Part shown: in pieces, positions 26,861 to 40,227 of the stretch
Numbering within the stretch: the stretch's first letter is position 1
How the letters are laid out: each line of letters opens with the position of its first letter
NCBI RefSeq assembly: GCF_964213995.1
Contig: NW_027590175.1
Coordinates: 62,001-126,000, forward strand
Direction: 5' to 3'
Source: Mustelus asterias
Lineage: Eukaryota
DNA length: 64,000 nucleotides
The notes under the pieces: generated by a model
Told to the model about the DNA's origin: nothing
What the model saw: only the letters and a program-made list of their open reading frames with translations
The model's database searches: none
Program-made: the position numbers and the translations under genes

Positions 26861-27454
26861 CTGTGTCCAGGACAGGAAGCAGTGAGCACGGATCTGTCAA
26901 TCAGCCTCAATCAGCACCTTCAGGAGAATTGGGAGGGTGAATATTAGATACAGCAGAGTGAGAATCGAGGGAGAGTGTGTGGGATGGAGATTTACAGCTT
27001 CTTGGGACTGAAATAGGAAAGAATGTTCGATAGAAACTAGAATTGTCTGTTCTGAATTTCTATCCTGTACTGACACTGATGACTTTTGTAAACTTGTTTT
27101 ACAGGATATTGAAAGAGGAATCACAGGCCGAAATCTCAAACGTTACGTCAGATCTGACAGAGTCATATTCCATGGGAGCTGAATATCATCGGCCTTTGAA
27201 TCTAGAAGGAGAAATGGTTGTCCAGTCTGTTGATTTGAAAAGATTTCAAACATCAGTGTGATTGGAAAAGCACCAACACACGGCCACACTCGAGTGAGAG
27301 TGTTCCAGTGCACGGACTAAAGAGCTTTAACCAGTTACACAGCCTGAATAAATATCACACCATTCACAGCGGGGAGAGACTGTACCAGTGTCCTGTGTGT
27401 GGACAAGGCTTCAACTGATTGTCCACCCAAGGGAGAGGCAAGGACACCTGCACC

Positions 27455-28633
27455 ATGGAGAAACCATGGAAATGTGGGGACTGTGGGAAGAGATACAGAC
27501 TCCCATCCCTGCTGGAAGCTCATCGGCGCAACCACACTGGGGAGAGACCATTCACCTGCTCTCAGTGTGGGAAGGGATTCACTCGGTCATCCATCCTGCA
27601 GTCACACCAGCGAGTTCACACTGGGGAGAGGCCGTTCACCTGCTCTCAGTGTGGGAAGGGATTCACTCGGTTATCCATCCTGCAGAAACACCAGCGAGTT
27701 CACACTGGGGAGAGGCCATTCACCTGCTCTCAGTGTGGGAAGGGTTTCTCTCATTTATCCACCCTGCGCACTCACCAGCGAGTTCACACTGTGGAGAGGC
27801 CGTTCACCTGCTCTCAGTGTGGGGAGGGATTCACTTGGTCATCCAGCCTCCAGAGACACCAGCGAGTTCACACTGGGGAGAGACCGTTCACCTGCTCTCA
27901 GTGTGAGAAGGGATTCTGTGATCCATCCAGCCTGCTGAGACACCAGCGAGTTCACACTGGGGAGAGGCCATTCACCTGCTCTCAGTGTGAGAAGGGATTC
28001 TGTGATTCATCCAGCCTGCTGAGACACCAGCGAGTTCACACTGGGGAGAGGCCATTCACCTGCTCTCAGTGTGGGAAGGGATTCTGTGATTCATCCAGCC
28101 TGCTGAGACACCAGCGAGTTCACACTGGGGTGAGGCCATTCACCTGCTCTCAGTGTGGGAAGGGATTCACTTGGTCAAACCAGCTGCAGAGACACCAGCG
28201 AGTTCACACTGGGGAGAGGCCATTCACCTGCTCTCAGTGTGGGGAGGGATTCACTCGGTCATCCCGCCTGCTGAGACACCAGCAAGTTCACACTGGGGAG
28301 AGGCCGTTCACCTGCTCTCAGTGTGGGAAGGGATTCACTCGGTCATCCCACCTGCTGAGACACCAGCGAATTCACACTGGGGAGAGGCCGTTCACCTGCT
28401 CTCAGTGTGGGAAGGGATTCACTCGGTCATCCCACCTGCAGATACACCAGCGAATTCACACTGGGGAGAGGCCGTTCACCTGCTCTCAGTGTGGGAAGGG
28501 ATTCTGTGATTCATCCAGCCTGCGGATGCACCAGCGAGTTCACACTGGGGAGAGGCCATTCACCGGCTCTCAGTGTGGGAAGGGATTCAGTCTTTCATCC
28601 CACCTGCTGAGACACCAACGAGTTCACGAGTGA
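27455..28633 (+). CDS. C2H2 ZNF copy D, 14 fingers (last one has C>G), highly homogenised array
   Basis: accATGg MEKPWKC; open ORF; acceptor ttttacag at ~27104. Confidence 0.9.
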   Translation: MEKPWKCGDCGKRYRLPSLLEAHRRNHTGERPFTCSQCGKGFTRSSILQSHQRVHTGERPFTCSQCGKGFTRLSILQKHQRVHTGERPFTCSQCGKGFSHLSTLRTHQRVHTVERPFTCSQCGEGFTWSSSLQRHQRVHTGERPFTCSQCEKGFCDPSSLLRHQRVHTGERPFTCSQCEKGFCDSSSLLRHQRVHTGERPFTCSQCGKGFCDSSSLLRHQRVHTGVRPFTCSQCGKGFTWSNQLQRHQRVHTGERPFTCSQCGEGFTRSSRLLRHQQVHTGERPFTCSQCGKGFTRSSHLLRHQRIHTGERPFTCSQCGKGFTRSSHLQIHQRIHTGERPFTCSQCGKGFCDSSSLRMHQRVHTGERPFTGSQCGKGFSLSSHLLRHQRVHE

Positions 28634-28725
28634 TGACAGGGGTTGGATTCTGCTGTTATTGTTTCTGCTCTCAATTCCATCCAGGACTGCATTTTGTTCA
28701 TTCTCACAGTTGGTCAATGGGGAGG

Positions 28726-29131
28726 ATGCTCTGATTGTGGGAAGGGATTCACTGATTCATCCGACATGCTGAAACACCAGAGAATTCATAATAGGGAGAG
28801 GCCATTTATCTGCTCCGAGTGTGGGAAGGGATTTACTCAGTCATTCAACCTGCTAAAACACCAGCCAAGTCACACTGGAGAGAGGCCATTCACTTGCTCC
28901 AGTTGTGGGAAGGGATTTATTGATTCATCCAGTCTGCGGAGGCACCAGCGAGTTCACACCAGGGAGAGACCATTCACCTCCTCTGATTGTGGCAAGGGAT
29001 TCAGTCAATCATCCAACCTGGTAAAGCACCAGCGAATTCACACTGGGGACAGGCCATTCACCTGCTCCGTGTGTGGGAAGGGATTCACTCAGTCACCTCA
29101 CCTGCTGAAACACCATCAGGTTCACGAGTGA
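28726..29131 (+). pseudogene. Second array of ~5 fingers downstream of ZNF D, in the same frame
   Basis: CSDC...HQVHE*; separated from D by TGA TGA and the tail peptide. Confidence 0.6.
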
Positions 29132-29279
29132 CTGCAAGGACTGGATTTTGCTGTTAATCTCATCGAGGTCCCAACCATTTTCATTGGTGTCTGTTTCTGC
29201 TGATGTTAATAAACCCTGGCCCAGTTGTAAGATTTGTATTGTGGATTGTCTTGTCTGAGTCCTGAACTCGTAAATAAAA

Positions 29280-29447
29280 ACAAGAAGTGCTGTAAAAACT
29301 CAGCAGGTCTGACAGCATCTCTGGAGAGAGAAACAGAACTAATGTTTTGACACTGAAGAAGAGTCACATTCAACTGGAAACATTAACTGTTCCTGTCTTT
29401 ACAGATTCTGTCAGACTTACTGAGATTTTGCAGCAACTTCTGTTTTT
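29280..29447. mobile_element. Inverted Penelope-like pLTR remnant
   Basis: ctcagcaggtctgacagcatct...agattctgtcagacttactgag inverted arms with a degenerate ctgaagaa...gaaac core. Confidence 0.55.
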
Positions 29448-30149
29448 AGAATGACGGTGAATGCTGGATACATGAATCAGAGATTGGTGTAAAACTGGGA
29501 TCTGCTCCTAAATGAAAGTGAAACAGCAGGTTAAAGTTTCCAGTCTGAAAAGTACCATGGTTGTTATACTATATATACCATTTTAAGGCTGGTTTTAACT
29601 CATTTAAAATAAACCTATTTAAAATATATTTGTTAAAGTCAGTATTAAAATACGAGTTGGATGAGTTCACAGGAGCCTGTTAACCACTGGGACAATTATT
29701 CAACAAACATTGGATTTCCAGATAGAGAAGAAGCTGCAGTTTGTTTGCAGGAATTCCCTGTTTTATTGATGTGTGTGTGTTAGACATCAGGATAACTAAA
29801 ACTACACAAACCTGGACATCAATGGTGATCTGATTGACAGTTACTCTGGGAATCACTCCCACTGTGAAACTTCAGCACTGACACTGCTGAATGTTGTAGG
29901 CTCAGGGAGTGGGACCTCCAGGAGTGGACTGTAAGAAAAGCTGGGTTTCAGTATCCTGACTAATATATGGTGAGGAACCAGAAAAATCCTTACTGAGGAA
30001 CTGCCTGGGGTTTTACCAGTGTAGGTTCAGGGGCGAATGATTCCTGACTCCCTGAAATGTCTGATATTGAACCCAGTTTGGAACAAGATTCATTCAGTTT
30101 CCAGGAGAATAGAGAGAAATATCACCCACAACTGAGAGAGAGAAAAACA

Positions 30150-30680
30150 GCCACCTTGATCAATGACTTGGATGAAGCCAGAATTGATGATACAAAGATA
30201 GGTAGAAAAGCAAGTTGAGGTTGTGACAAAAAATCTGTAAGGGACACAGATAAGTTACCTGAATGGACAGAAAAATGGCAGATGGAGTATAGTGTGGGAA
30301 AGTGGGAGCTTTTCCACTTTGGCAGGAAGAATAGAGAAGCAAAAAATTGTTTAAATATACAGAAACTGAAGAATACTGCCGTAGAGAGAAATCTGGGTGT
30401 CCTTGTACATGAATCGTGAAAAAATAGGATGAAGGTACAGCAAGTAAAGAAGAAGGCAAATGGAGTGTTGGACTTTACTGCAAGGGGGTGGAGTTTGAAA
30501 AAGGGAACTTGCTGCACCTACACAGGACATTGCTGAGATAGCAGCTGGAATACTGTGTACGGTTTTGGTCTCCCTACTGATGGAATGACATGCTTTCATT
30601 GGAATGAGTTCAGAGAAAGTTCACCAGGCCCATTCCTAAGATGAAGGTGTTGCCTTTTGAGGAAAGGTTGTGAAGGTGTA
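30150..30680 (+). mobile_element. Degraded CR1 RT/3' fragment
   Basis: WQMEY, HFGRKN and EYCVRFW motifs. Confidence 0.7.
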
Positions 30681-31009
30681 GGGGAGAATTCTCCCATCCC
30701 ACCCACCACAGGAATCGTAGCAGGCCGGGGGGTGCACCACACAAAAATCCTTTGACCTCGCAGAATCCAACTCGTTGTCTTTTGGGGAAGGGTTGCACCA
30801 ATACTCATTGGGTTTGGAAGAATGAGCAGTGAACATTCTGAAACATGAGATTCTCATGGGCAGTTGACAAGCTCGAGGCCAAGAGGATGATTCATGAAGC
30901 AGTCTTGAACTTGGTGCCACAGATCTACAAGGAAGCCAAGGGTATTGTTTCAGCCCTTACAGACACCAATACTTTATCCTCAGTTTTAGTCAGGTTAGTC
31001 AGAGGTTTA

Positions 31010-34000
31010 GTCAGGTGTGGTGAAAGCTTCAACCAATCATCTGGCCTTTTGGAACATGATTGCAGTCACAGGGAGATGCCATGGAAATGTGGGGATTGTG
31101 GGAAGAACATAAGAACTAGGAGCAGGAGTAGGCCATCTGGCCCCTCGAGCCTCATGGCTGATCTTTTTATGGACTCAGCTCCACTTACCCGCCCGCTCAC
31201 CATAACCTTTAATTCCTTTACTGTTCAAAAATGTATCTATCCTTGCCTTAAAAACATTCAATGAGGTAGCCCCCACTGCTTCACTGGGCAGGGAATTCCA
31301 CAGATTCACAACTCTTTGTGTGAAGAAGTTCCTCCTCAACTCAGTCCTAAATCTGCTTCCCCTTACTTTGAAGCTATGCCCCCTAGTTCTAGTTTCACCC
31401 GCCAGTCGAAACAACTTCCCTGCTTATCTATTCCCTTCATAATCTTATATAAGATCTCCCCTCATTCTTCTGAATTCCAATGAGTATAGCCCCAGTCTAC
31501 TCAGTCTCTCCTCATAAGCTAACCTCCTCAACTCCGGAATCAACCTCATGAATCTCCTCTGCACCCCCTCCAGTGCCAGTATATCCTTTCTCAAGTAAGG
31601 AGACCAAAACTGTACACAGTACTCCAAGTGTGGCCTCACCAACTGCAACATAATCTCGCTGTTTTAAAACTCCATCCCTCTTGCAATGAAGGACAAAATT
31701 CCATTTACCTTCTTAATTACCTGCTGCACCTGCAAACCAACTCCTTGAGATTCCTGCATAAGGACACCCAGGTCTCTCTGCACAGCAGCAAGCTGCAATT
31801 TTTTACCATTTATATAAGAGTCCATTTTGCTGTTATTCCTACCAAAATGGATGACCTCACATTTACCAACATTGTACTCCATCTGCCAGACCCTCGCCCA
31901 CTCACTTAGATTATCTATATCCCTTTGCAGACTTTCAGCATCCTCTGCACACTTTGCTCTTCCACCCATCTTAATATCTTCTGCGAATTCTGACACACTA
32001 CACTTGGTCCACAACTCCAAATCATCTATGTAAATCGTGAACATAAGAACATAAGAAATAGGAGTAGGCCATCTAGCCCCTGAAGCCTGCTCCGCCATTC
32101 AATCAGATCATCGCTGATCTGACAGTGGTTTCAGTTCCACTTACCCGCCCGCTCCCCATAACCCTTAATGGTTAAACATCTATCTGTCTGTGACTTAAAC
32201 ACATTAACAAGGTAGCCTCTACTGCTTCATTGGGCAGAGAATTCCAAAGATTCACTACCCTCTGGGAGAAGAAGTTCCTCCTCAACTCTGTTCTAAATTG
32301 ACTCCCCCGTATTTTGAGGCTATGCCCCCTGGTTCTTGTTTCCATTGTAAGTGGAAATAACATCGCTGCTTCTACCTGTCTAGCCCCTTCATTCTCTTAT
32401 ATGTCTCTATAAGATCTCCCCTCAACCTTCTAAACTCCAATGAGTACAGGCCCAGTCTACTCAATCTCTCCTCATAAGCTAACACCCTCATCTCCGGAAT
32501 CAACATGGTGAACCTTCTCTGTACGCCCTCCAAAGCTAATATATCCTTTCTTAAATAAGGGGACCAAAATTGTACACAGTACTCTAGGTGCGACCTCACC
32601 AGTACCCTGTAAAGTTGCAGCATGACCTCCCTGCTTTTATACTCCATCCCTCTCGCGATAAAGGCCAACATTCCATTTGCCTTCTTGATTATCTGCTGCA
32701 CCTGCTTCATGCACAAGGACCCCCAGGTCCCTCTGCACAGTAGTGATCCCAATTGCGGTCCCAACACTGATCCCTGAGGCACACCACTAGTCACTGATCG
32801 CCAACCAGAAAAACACCCATTTACCCCCACTCTTTGCTTTCTGTTAGTTAACCAATCCTCTATCCATGCTAATACATTACCCGTAACACTGTGCACCTTT
32901 ATCTTATGCAGCAGTCTTTGGTGCGGCAACTTGTCAAATGCCTCCTGGAAATCCAGATACACCACATCCACAGGTTCCCCATTGTCCACTGCACATGAAA
33001 TGTTCTCAAAGAATTCCACCAAATTAGTCAAACATGACCTGTCCTTCATGAACCCATGCTGTGTCTTACCAATGGGACAATTTATATCCAGATGTCTCGC
33101 TATTTCTTCCTTGATGATAGATTCAAGCATTTTCCCTGCTACAGAAGTTAAGCTAACCGGCCTATAGTTACCTGCCTTTTGTCATCTTTTTCAAACAGTG
33201 GTGTCACATTTGCTGTTTTCAATCTGCGGGAACCACCCCAGAGTCCAGCGAGTTTTGGTAAATTACCGCTAGTGCATTTGCTATTTCTCCCGCCATCACT
33301 TTTAGTAACCTGGGATGCATTCCATCAGGGCCAGGAGACTTGTCTACCTTTAGCACCATTAACTTGCCCAGCACTACCTCTTTCGTGATAATGATAATTT
33401 CTAGGTTCTCACCTGCCATAGCCTTCCTGTCATCAATTTTTGGCATGTTATTTGTGTCTTCCACTGTGAAGACTGACACAAAATACCTGTTCAATGCCTC
33501 AGCCATTTTCTCATTTCCAGTTATTACATCCCCCTTCTCGTCCTCTAAAGGACCAATGTTTACTTTCGCCACTCTTTTTCATTTTATATATTTGTAGAAA
33601 CTTTTGCTTTCTGTTTTTATATTCTGAGCTAGTTTACTCTCATAATCCATCTTACTTTTCTTTATAGCTTTTTTCGTGGCTTTCTGCTGACCTTTAAAGA
33701 TTTCCCGATCCTCTCGGTTCCCACTTATCTTTGCCACTTTGTATGCATTTTCTTTCAATTTGATACCTCCTTTATTTCCTTCGATATCAATGGCTGGTTA
33801 TCTCTTTTTCTACAGTCTTCTTTATCACTGGTATATACTTTTGCTGAGCACTGTGAAAGATTGCTTTGAAAATCCTCCACTGTTCCTCAATTGTCCCACC
33901 AGAAAGTTTTTGTCCCAGTCTACCTGAGCCAACTCCTCCTTCATCCCTTTATAGTCTCCTTAGTTTAAGTACAAGACACTGGTTTTGGATTTTACCTTCT

Positions 34001-34590
34001 CACGCTCCATCTGTATTTTAAATTCAACCAAGGAAGGAATTCAATTACCCATCACTGCTGGAAACTCATTGACGCAGTCACACTGGGGAGAGGCCATTCA
34101 TCTGTCCCCAGTGTGGGAAGGGATTTGCTCACTCACCTACTCTGCTGAGACACCAGCAAATTCACACTGGGACGAGGCCATTCAACTGCTCTTGTGTAGG
34201 AAGGGGTTCAGTTGGTCATCCAGTCTCCTGACACACCAGCGAGTTCACACCGCGGAGAAGCCATTCACCTGCTCCCGGTGTGAGAAGAGATTCGCTGGAC
34301 TCATCCAACCTAGCAATACACTGGCGAACTCACAAAGAGGAGAGGCCATTCACCTGCTCCCAGTGTGGGAAGGGATTTAATAGTCATCCAAACGAGCAGT
34401 ACACCAGCGAGTTCACACTGGAGAGAGGCCTTTTACCTACTGTGTGTGTGTGGCAAGAGATTCATTGACTCATCCAGCCTAGCAATACACCAGCGAATTC
34501 ACAAAGGGGAGAGGCCATTCACTTGCTCCCGGTGTGGGAAGGGATATGTTACCTCATCCACTCTTCTGAGACACCAGTGAATTCACAAGG
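31010..34590 (+). pseudogene. ZNF copy E (paralog of copy G) split by a CR1 insertion and frameshifted
   Basis: [26 protein letters not shown] continues at 34037 as [11 protein letters not shown]; ends GYVTSSTLL...ELL* like copy G. Confidence 0.85.
31106..34031 (-). mobile_element. Two tandem 5'-truncated CR1 copies (31106-~32040 and ~32040-34031)
   Basis: RT motifs on minus strand, (aagaacat)n tails, ggaag TSD at 31101-31105 and 34032-34036. Confidence 0.88.
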
Positions 34591-34919
34591 AACTATTGTG
34601 ATTGTATTTTCCTGTTGAGCATATTCAGACTAAACCATGTTCCTTTGGGTCTGTTTCTGCTGAATTGAAAAATAACTTCAGCTCTGTTTAGGTGTTCATA
34701 TAGTTGGTCTGAGAAGAGGAGGATTTGGGGTCAGGAAACTTGTACAAAGCATCAGATTATCTGAACAGCAGAGAATTTTGTACATGGAAGGAAACAACTC
34801 CATTCTCAATCACATTAGGGAGAAGCCATGCAACTGTGGAGACTGAAGTGATTGGTGGACCATTTTTTATGGTTTTCTAATTCAGCACATTTCTATTTTT
34901 ATTAGTTTACTATCATATT

Positions 34920-35205
34920 ATGGTGAGCACTGCTGCCTCACAGCGCCAAGGACTCGGGTTTGATTCCTGGCTTGGGTCACTGTCTGTGTGGAGTTTGCAC
35001 GTTCTCCCCGTGTCTGCATGGGTTTCCTCCGGTGCTCCAGTTTCCTCCCAGTCGGAAAGACATGCTGGTTCGGTGCATCGGCTATGCTAAATTCTCCCTC
35101 CTGTGTATCCGAATAGGAGCCGGAGTGTGGCAACTCGGGGATTTTCAGGAACTTCATTGCTGTGTTAATGTAAGCCTACTTGTGACACTAATCAATAAAC
35201 TTAAA
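34920..35205 (+). mobile_element. V-SINE/HE1-type SINE, tail variant B
   Basis: V-domain and tail gtaagcctacttgtgacactaatcaataaa. Confidence 0.85.
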
Positions 35206-35289
35206 CTATTTTACATGTAGCTGCACTGTATCTTTCCAGTCAGAGTCATTACAGCTCAGAAGGAATGCATTGGGTTTCTCAAACCTATT

Positions 35290-35770
35290 TGACTCTTTGT
35301 AGACGAGTTACACGGCCTGAAAAAAACATCACAACATGCAGCGTGGGGAGAAACCGTAGACATGTTCTGTGTGTGGACGGAGCTTCAACCTGGAGAGATA
35401 CAAGGACTCTGGCACCACAGAGAAACTGTGGAAATGGGAGGATTGTGGGAAGGGATTCAATTCCCCATCTGCACTGAAAACTCATCAATGCAGTCACACT
35501 GGGGTAGAGGCTGTTCAGTCGTGCTGACTGTGGGAAGAGATTCACTCAGTCATCTGCTCTGCAGAAACAGCAAGTTCACACTGGAGAGAGACCATTCACC
35601 TGCTCTGAGTTTGGGAAAGGATTCACTGAGGCATCATCTGTGGAGACACCAGAGAGTTCATCTTGGTGAGAGGCCATTTACTGGCACTCAGTGTGGGAGC
35701 AAAAGAATGATTCAACCCCTGTTGAGACATTATGGCAATCACTCAGATTAGACCCATTATCTGCTCCAAC
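35290..35770 (+). pseudogene. Highly degraded ZNF relic
   Basis: [22 protein letters not shown] remnants with frameshifts. Confidence 0.7.
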
Positions 35771-35776
35771 TCTGGG

Positions 35777-38225
35777 TGTTAACTAAATTATTTGAGATTA
35801 AATATATACAAATGGAGGGCATTGATTGGATGAGTGCAAATAAAGAGACACTGTCACAGAGTGGAGTTGGGAGGTATGTACTTGTAATGTTTTACTCTGC
35901 AAATAAATCTATTCCAAATAAAGGTTAGCTTCAGTTTCTTCCTTCACCATAACGCTGTCAGGATTATAACATGGTAACAGGGAATGTTTGTCTCATGGTG
36001 AATTTTAAAAACTAAAGGAAAGTATATTTCAGGCAGGAGCTGACAATCCCAGTAGCTTTTGTGAGAAATGGTTGAAAGGCAGTGGGAATTGTCAGGGTCT
36101 GATTCCCCGCTGATGTTCTTGAAGTCTGAACCACACGATCAATGTAAGAATGAAGTGGAGATGTGGACACGGGTTACATCCCTACTAAGGAGAAAACAAG
36201 GTCTGGCCTTGGCACTGTCACTTCTTGACAAAAAGATGAGAAGCAAAGTATTTTGTGAGCTGGATGTCCATCAGTTGGATACTGATGAAGGTTTGAATCT
36301 TTTATAAAGATTCATTGAGATTTACAAGATAGATGATCTATTGGATGCCTATGAAGCATGATTGGATTTTGACAAGTTTCGTGTGAGGGTGAAAGCATCT
36401 TTAGTGCGTCTGGATATCGCAACAAAAGACAGGATTGGAACAGCGCTAATAGGTGATTGAACGCCAGCAATGACTGGGGAACTATTAACAGGTGTTTCAG
36501 GTCTGAATGAAAACATCATCATGTGATAAACTTTCACAGTGAGACACAACACAGAGAATTCTGAGGCTGAACACAATGATGATGGATATCACTCTGAAGG
36601 AATTGGAATATCATAAGGAATTTGGTCCAGTGATGAGTGTGTTAGTCACAGACTCAGTCACCTGTTCTGTGTTTGATACATACAAGCATATGAGTTAGGA
36701 GCAAGCATTGGCCACTCAGCCCCTCGAGTCTGCTCTGTCATTCAGTAAGATAATGGCTGATCTGATTGTAACCTCAACCCCACATTCCCACTTACCCCGT
36801 TAATCTTTCACCCCCTTGATAATCAAGAATCTATCTCACTCTGCCTTCAAAATATTCAAAGGTGATTCTTACAGCAACTTTTGAGGAAGAGTTCCAGGAA
36901 CTCTCAACCCTGTGAAAAAAATCTTTCCTCATCTCTGCTTTAAATGAACTTATTTTAAACAGTGAGCCCTCATTCTAGATTCTCCTACTCGAGGAAACAT
37001 GCCCTCCACATCCACCCTGTCAAAATGCCTCAGGATCTTATATGGTTCAGTCAAGTTGCTTCTTACTCTTCTAAACTCCAGGGGACAAAACCCTCACCTG
37101 TCTAACCTTGCCTCATAATCCCATTCCACAGTGGCTGCACCTCGACAGTGTGTGGATCAGATTGAAGATGTTACCCAGATTCACCTCATGGTGAAGAGCC
37201 ACACAAGGTTAAGGAGTATGAAAGGTTTCCAGTTGGTGATATCAATAGATTGAAGCCACTAAAGAGAGTGTTGATTCGATGTAAAGTAGCTGGAGTCAGC
37301 ACTCCAGGACTGGTGTAGTCTGGTGTGTCTGACAGTGAACCTCCTCAGTTTAATGTTGAGTGAATCTTCCATGAAAAAGGCACAAATGCAACTGGACATG
37401 GAACAAGGTATGATTGTTTTATTTGGAAAGTCAGTAGATCTGCAGTTTACTCAATCAGGACATTATCGTATCCTCTTAACAAAACCTGATGTTTCTAATC
37501 CTCGGGTTCGAGAAGGATTCATGGCATCAGGTGAAGAGAATCAGAAAAAAATTACAAATTGTCTTAAAGCGACACAATTTGCTCGTCCTATCTAACAAAG
37601 ATTAAAAATCCTGCTAAAAGATGCAGGGCTGGTTGATGAAGAGTATACGAGACTCAGAACAGATTAGTACAAAGTATCGGACAATGCCATTACATCCTTG
37701 GCTCATGAAGAAGTTGCTGTGCATCTAAAGGTATGAGACAAAGACAGAATTATTTTCATTCTACACTTTATCGATATGGTAACCCAACTTAGTCTTTCTC
37801 CAATCATACATGGTAAGGACAAAAGGATGATTCTAGAACAAGTCATTGAGAAGTGGATAGGGACTGGACCTGGGGCACCAGCGAGGTTTCTGACTGATAA
37901 TGGAGGGGAATTTGTTAATGATGAGTTTGGAGAAGTGTGAAAACATGAACATTCTGGTCAGGAACACGGCAGCTGAAAGTCCTTTCAGTGATGGACTCTG
38001 TGAAAGGAATCACACGGTGATCGATGAAATGCTGCAGAAAATCTCAGCTGATCAGCCAAACTGCAAGTTGATAACTGCACTGGCCTGGACGGTTCATGTA
38101 AAGAATTCACTTCAGATGGTTGGAGGGTATAATCCTTGTCAATTGGTTTGGGAGAAATCCCAAATTACCCTCTGTGCCGGGTGATAAACCTTCTGCTTTT
38201 GAAGGGATGACAATTAGCACAATTT
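35777..38225 (+). mobile_element. Truncated Copia-order LTR retrotransposon relic (5' LTR, PBS, gag, PR, IN); CR1 insert at ~36690-37125
   Basis: TG..CA LTR candidate 35777-35971, PBS tggtaacagggaatg resembling the tRNA-iMet complement, SGCTSTVCG protease motif, FLTDNGGEF and SPFSDGLCERN integrase motifs directly after PR. Confidence 0.7.
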
Positions 38226-39442
38226 TTATTCATTTATTATCGAATTGTTTCACTAAAATAATTGCTCGAGCTAAGAAATTGTGGATCCTAGAAGAGCGGT
38301 GTCTTATAATGTAATACTTTGTACAAAATAAAGAACATCATATTTTTCTTCTACGATTTGTTTTGAAATATTGTTGTGTGAGTTGTTACAATTCGGGTTG
38401 GAAACATTATCGTTTCAAGAGAAATTTAAACACCCAGCGATTAACTGAAAAGATTACATCAGAAGATTGCAGGTTTTTAAACAAAAACAAACTTTATATA
38501 TAAAACAAAAGAAATATTAAAAACCAGCATGATCAATTATATTTTATGAAGATTTATGCTGTAAACTCAGTTCTACTTTTCGATCCCTCTTTAGTTCTGA
38601 AGAGTCACGTGGACTCAAAACATGAACTCTATTTTCACTCACCACAGATGTTGTCAGACCGACTGAGTTTTTGCAGTATTTTTCAGCTTTTGTTTCTACT
38701 TTTTACACCCCCCCCCACCCCACCCCACCCCAACAAAAGAGTTCCCTTATATTTAACAACATAGAAACATCGAAACTAGAGGCAGGAGTAGGTCATTTGG
38801 CCCTTTGAACCTGCTCCACCATTTATTGTGACCATGGCTGATCATCGACTTCAATATCCTGATCCCTCCCTGCCTCCCTATCCCTTGACCCTTTTAGACC
38901 CAAGAGCTAGATCTAATTTCTTCTTGAAGGTTCATTCACTTCTGTTCCAGGAACCATCCCAAAGGAATGTCAAAGCTCTCCAAGATTCACTTCAATTCTC
39001 CTCACTTTTCCAGCTATTCTCCAAGCTCCAAGATTTTATGGGGGTCCTTCCATTAGCTTTTGATGAAACAACTCTCCAACTTTCCATTAAGACCTCAAAA
39101 CTGTGGCCTTCTCAGTTCAAGCATGGGCTTCACTGTGTTCTTCCTGAGGGATTTAAACATTGGGAACACCTCTGATTCCTAATGACCTTCTCGGCTCCTG
39201 GTCCCACAGCTGACGGTTTCCAAGCTAACTGCAGACTGCCTGCTTTCTGTGAGAAACACCCAAAATTCCAACCAAGCTCCACCCTGAATCACTTATCCCC
39301 ATGGTAACAGAGACCAATTGGGATGTCCAATAGATGTTTAAATTAATTAACTTGTAATTTCAAAACCAAACATGTAACCCTGAGGTCTGCCTGATGAGTT
39401 CCCCTCTGTAACAAAGGCAGGACGATAAGTGTCAGACGCAAT

Positions 39443-39554
39443 GGCCCTCATTTTACCGGCACGCTCGCCGAGGCTAGCAGAATGGCATTCTCCATTGCCC
39501 TCGGGCACGATCTTACGAGCCTCGGGCGGGCGGGCGTGCCGGTAAAATTCCGGC
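39443..39554. mobile_element. MITE, probably PIF/Harbinger-derived
   Basis: Inverted repeat attttaccggcacgc / gcgtgccggtaaaat; 3 bp aat on both sides. Confidence 0.7.
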
Positions 39555-40227
39555 AATGTCTCCAGGTCTCCTGCTAAAAGAGGCTGAGCCCAGCCCCCTT
39601 TTTACAGCATTAGCTGCTGTACTTTGCTCAATAAGAGCTTAAATGTCCCAAATCTTGCGTTAATTATGCTACTTCCAGCTGATTTGAAAATGTGATTTTC
39701 AGTATCTACAATAATCAAATATCCCGTGGTTGTTTTTTCTGAATCAAATTACTGGCAATCTTCTTGAATGAACATGTCAAAACTGAGGGAATTCCCTCTG
39801 TGTATTTAATTAGAAATGTCTCACTGTGACTCAAAAAGAGGAAGAGTCCAGCTGCCCTTTTACAGTTCTTATCCTTCCAGCTTTGACTCCTTAAATCAAC
39901 ATGGGCCACATCTTGTGATTGCAAAGTCCCTTAGGGTGTTTTTAGCAGATTCTCAACCCAGATTTTTCATTTAAAACTAATTCTCAAGCTCAAAGTTAAT
40001 TTGTAAAACAGGAATGATTAGATAGACACAAACCTCTTCCTCAGGAAGAAATGAAAATGTATCACCATCTAAATATCCTATTTAGAATATTACAATTTTC
40101 TGTACATATTAATAACAGCCATGATCATATTGAATGGCGGAGCAGCTCAAAGAGCATCAGCCCACTGGAAGCAAAGTCATGAGATTGGTCAGTCCAGCAG
40201 AAAGAAACCCTCCGACCGTCCCACTTT

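Noticed and set aside
27041-27104. C/D-box snoRNA in the conserved intron-end block (CTGA, TGATGA)
   Set aside because: Boxes are in the wrong order with no terminal stem; branch point and acceptor explain the conservation
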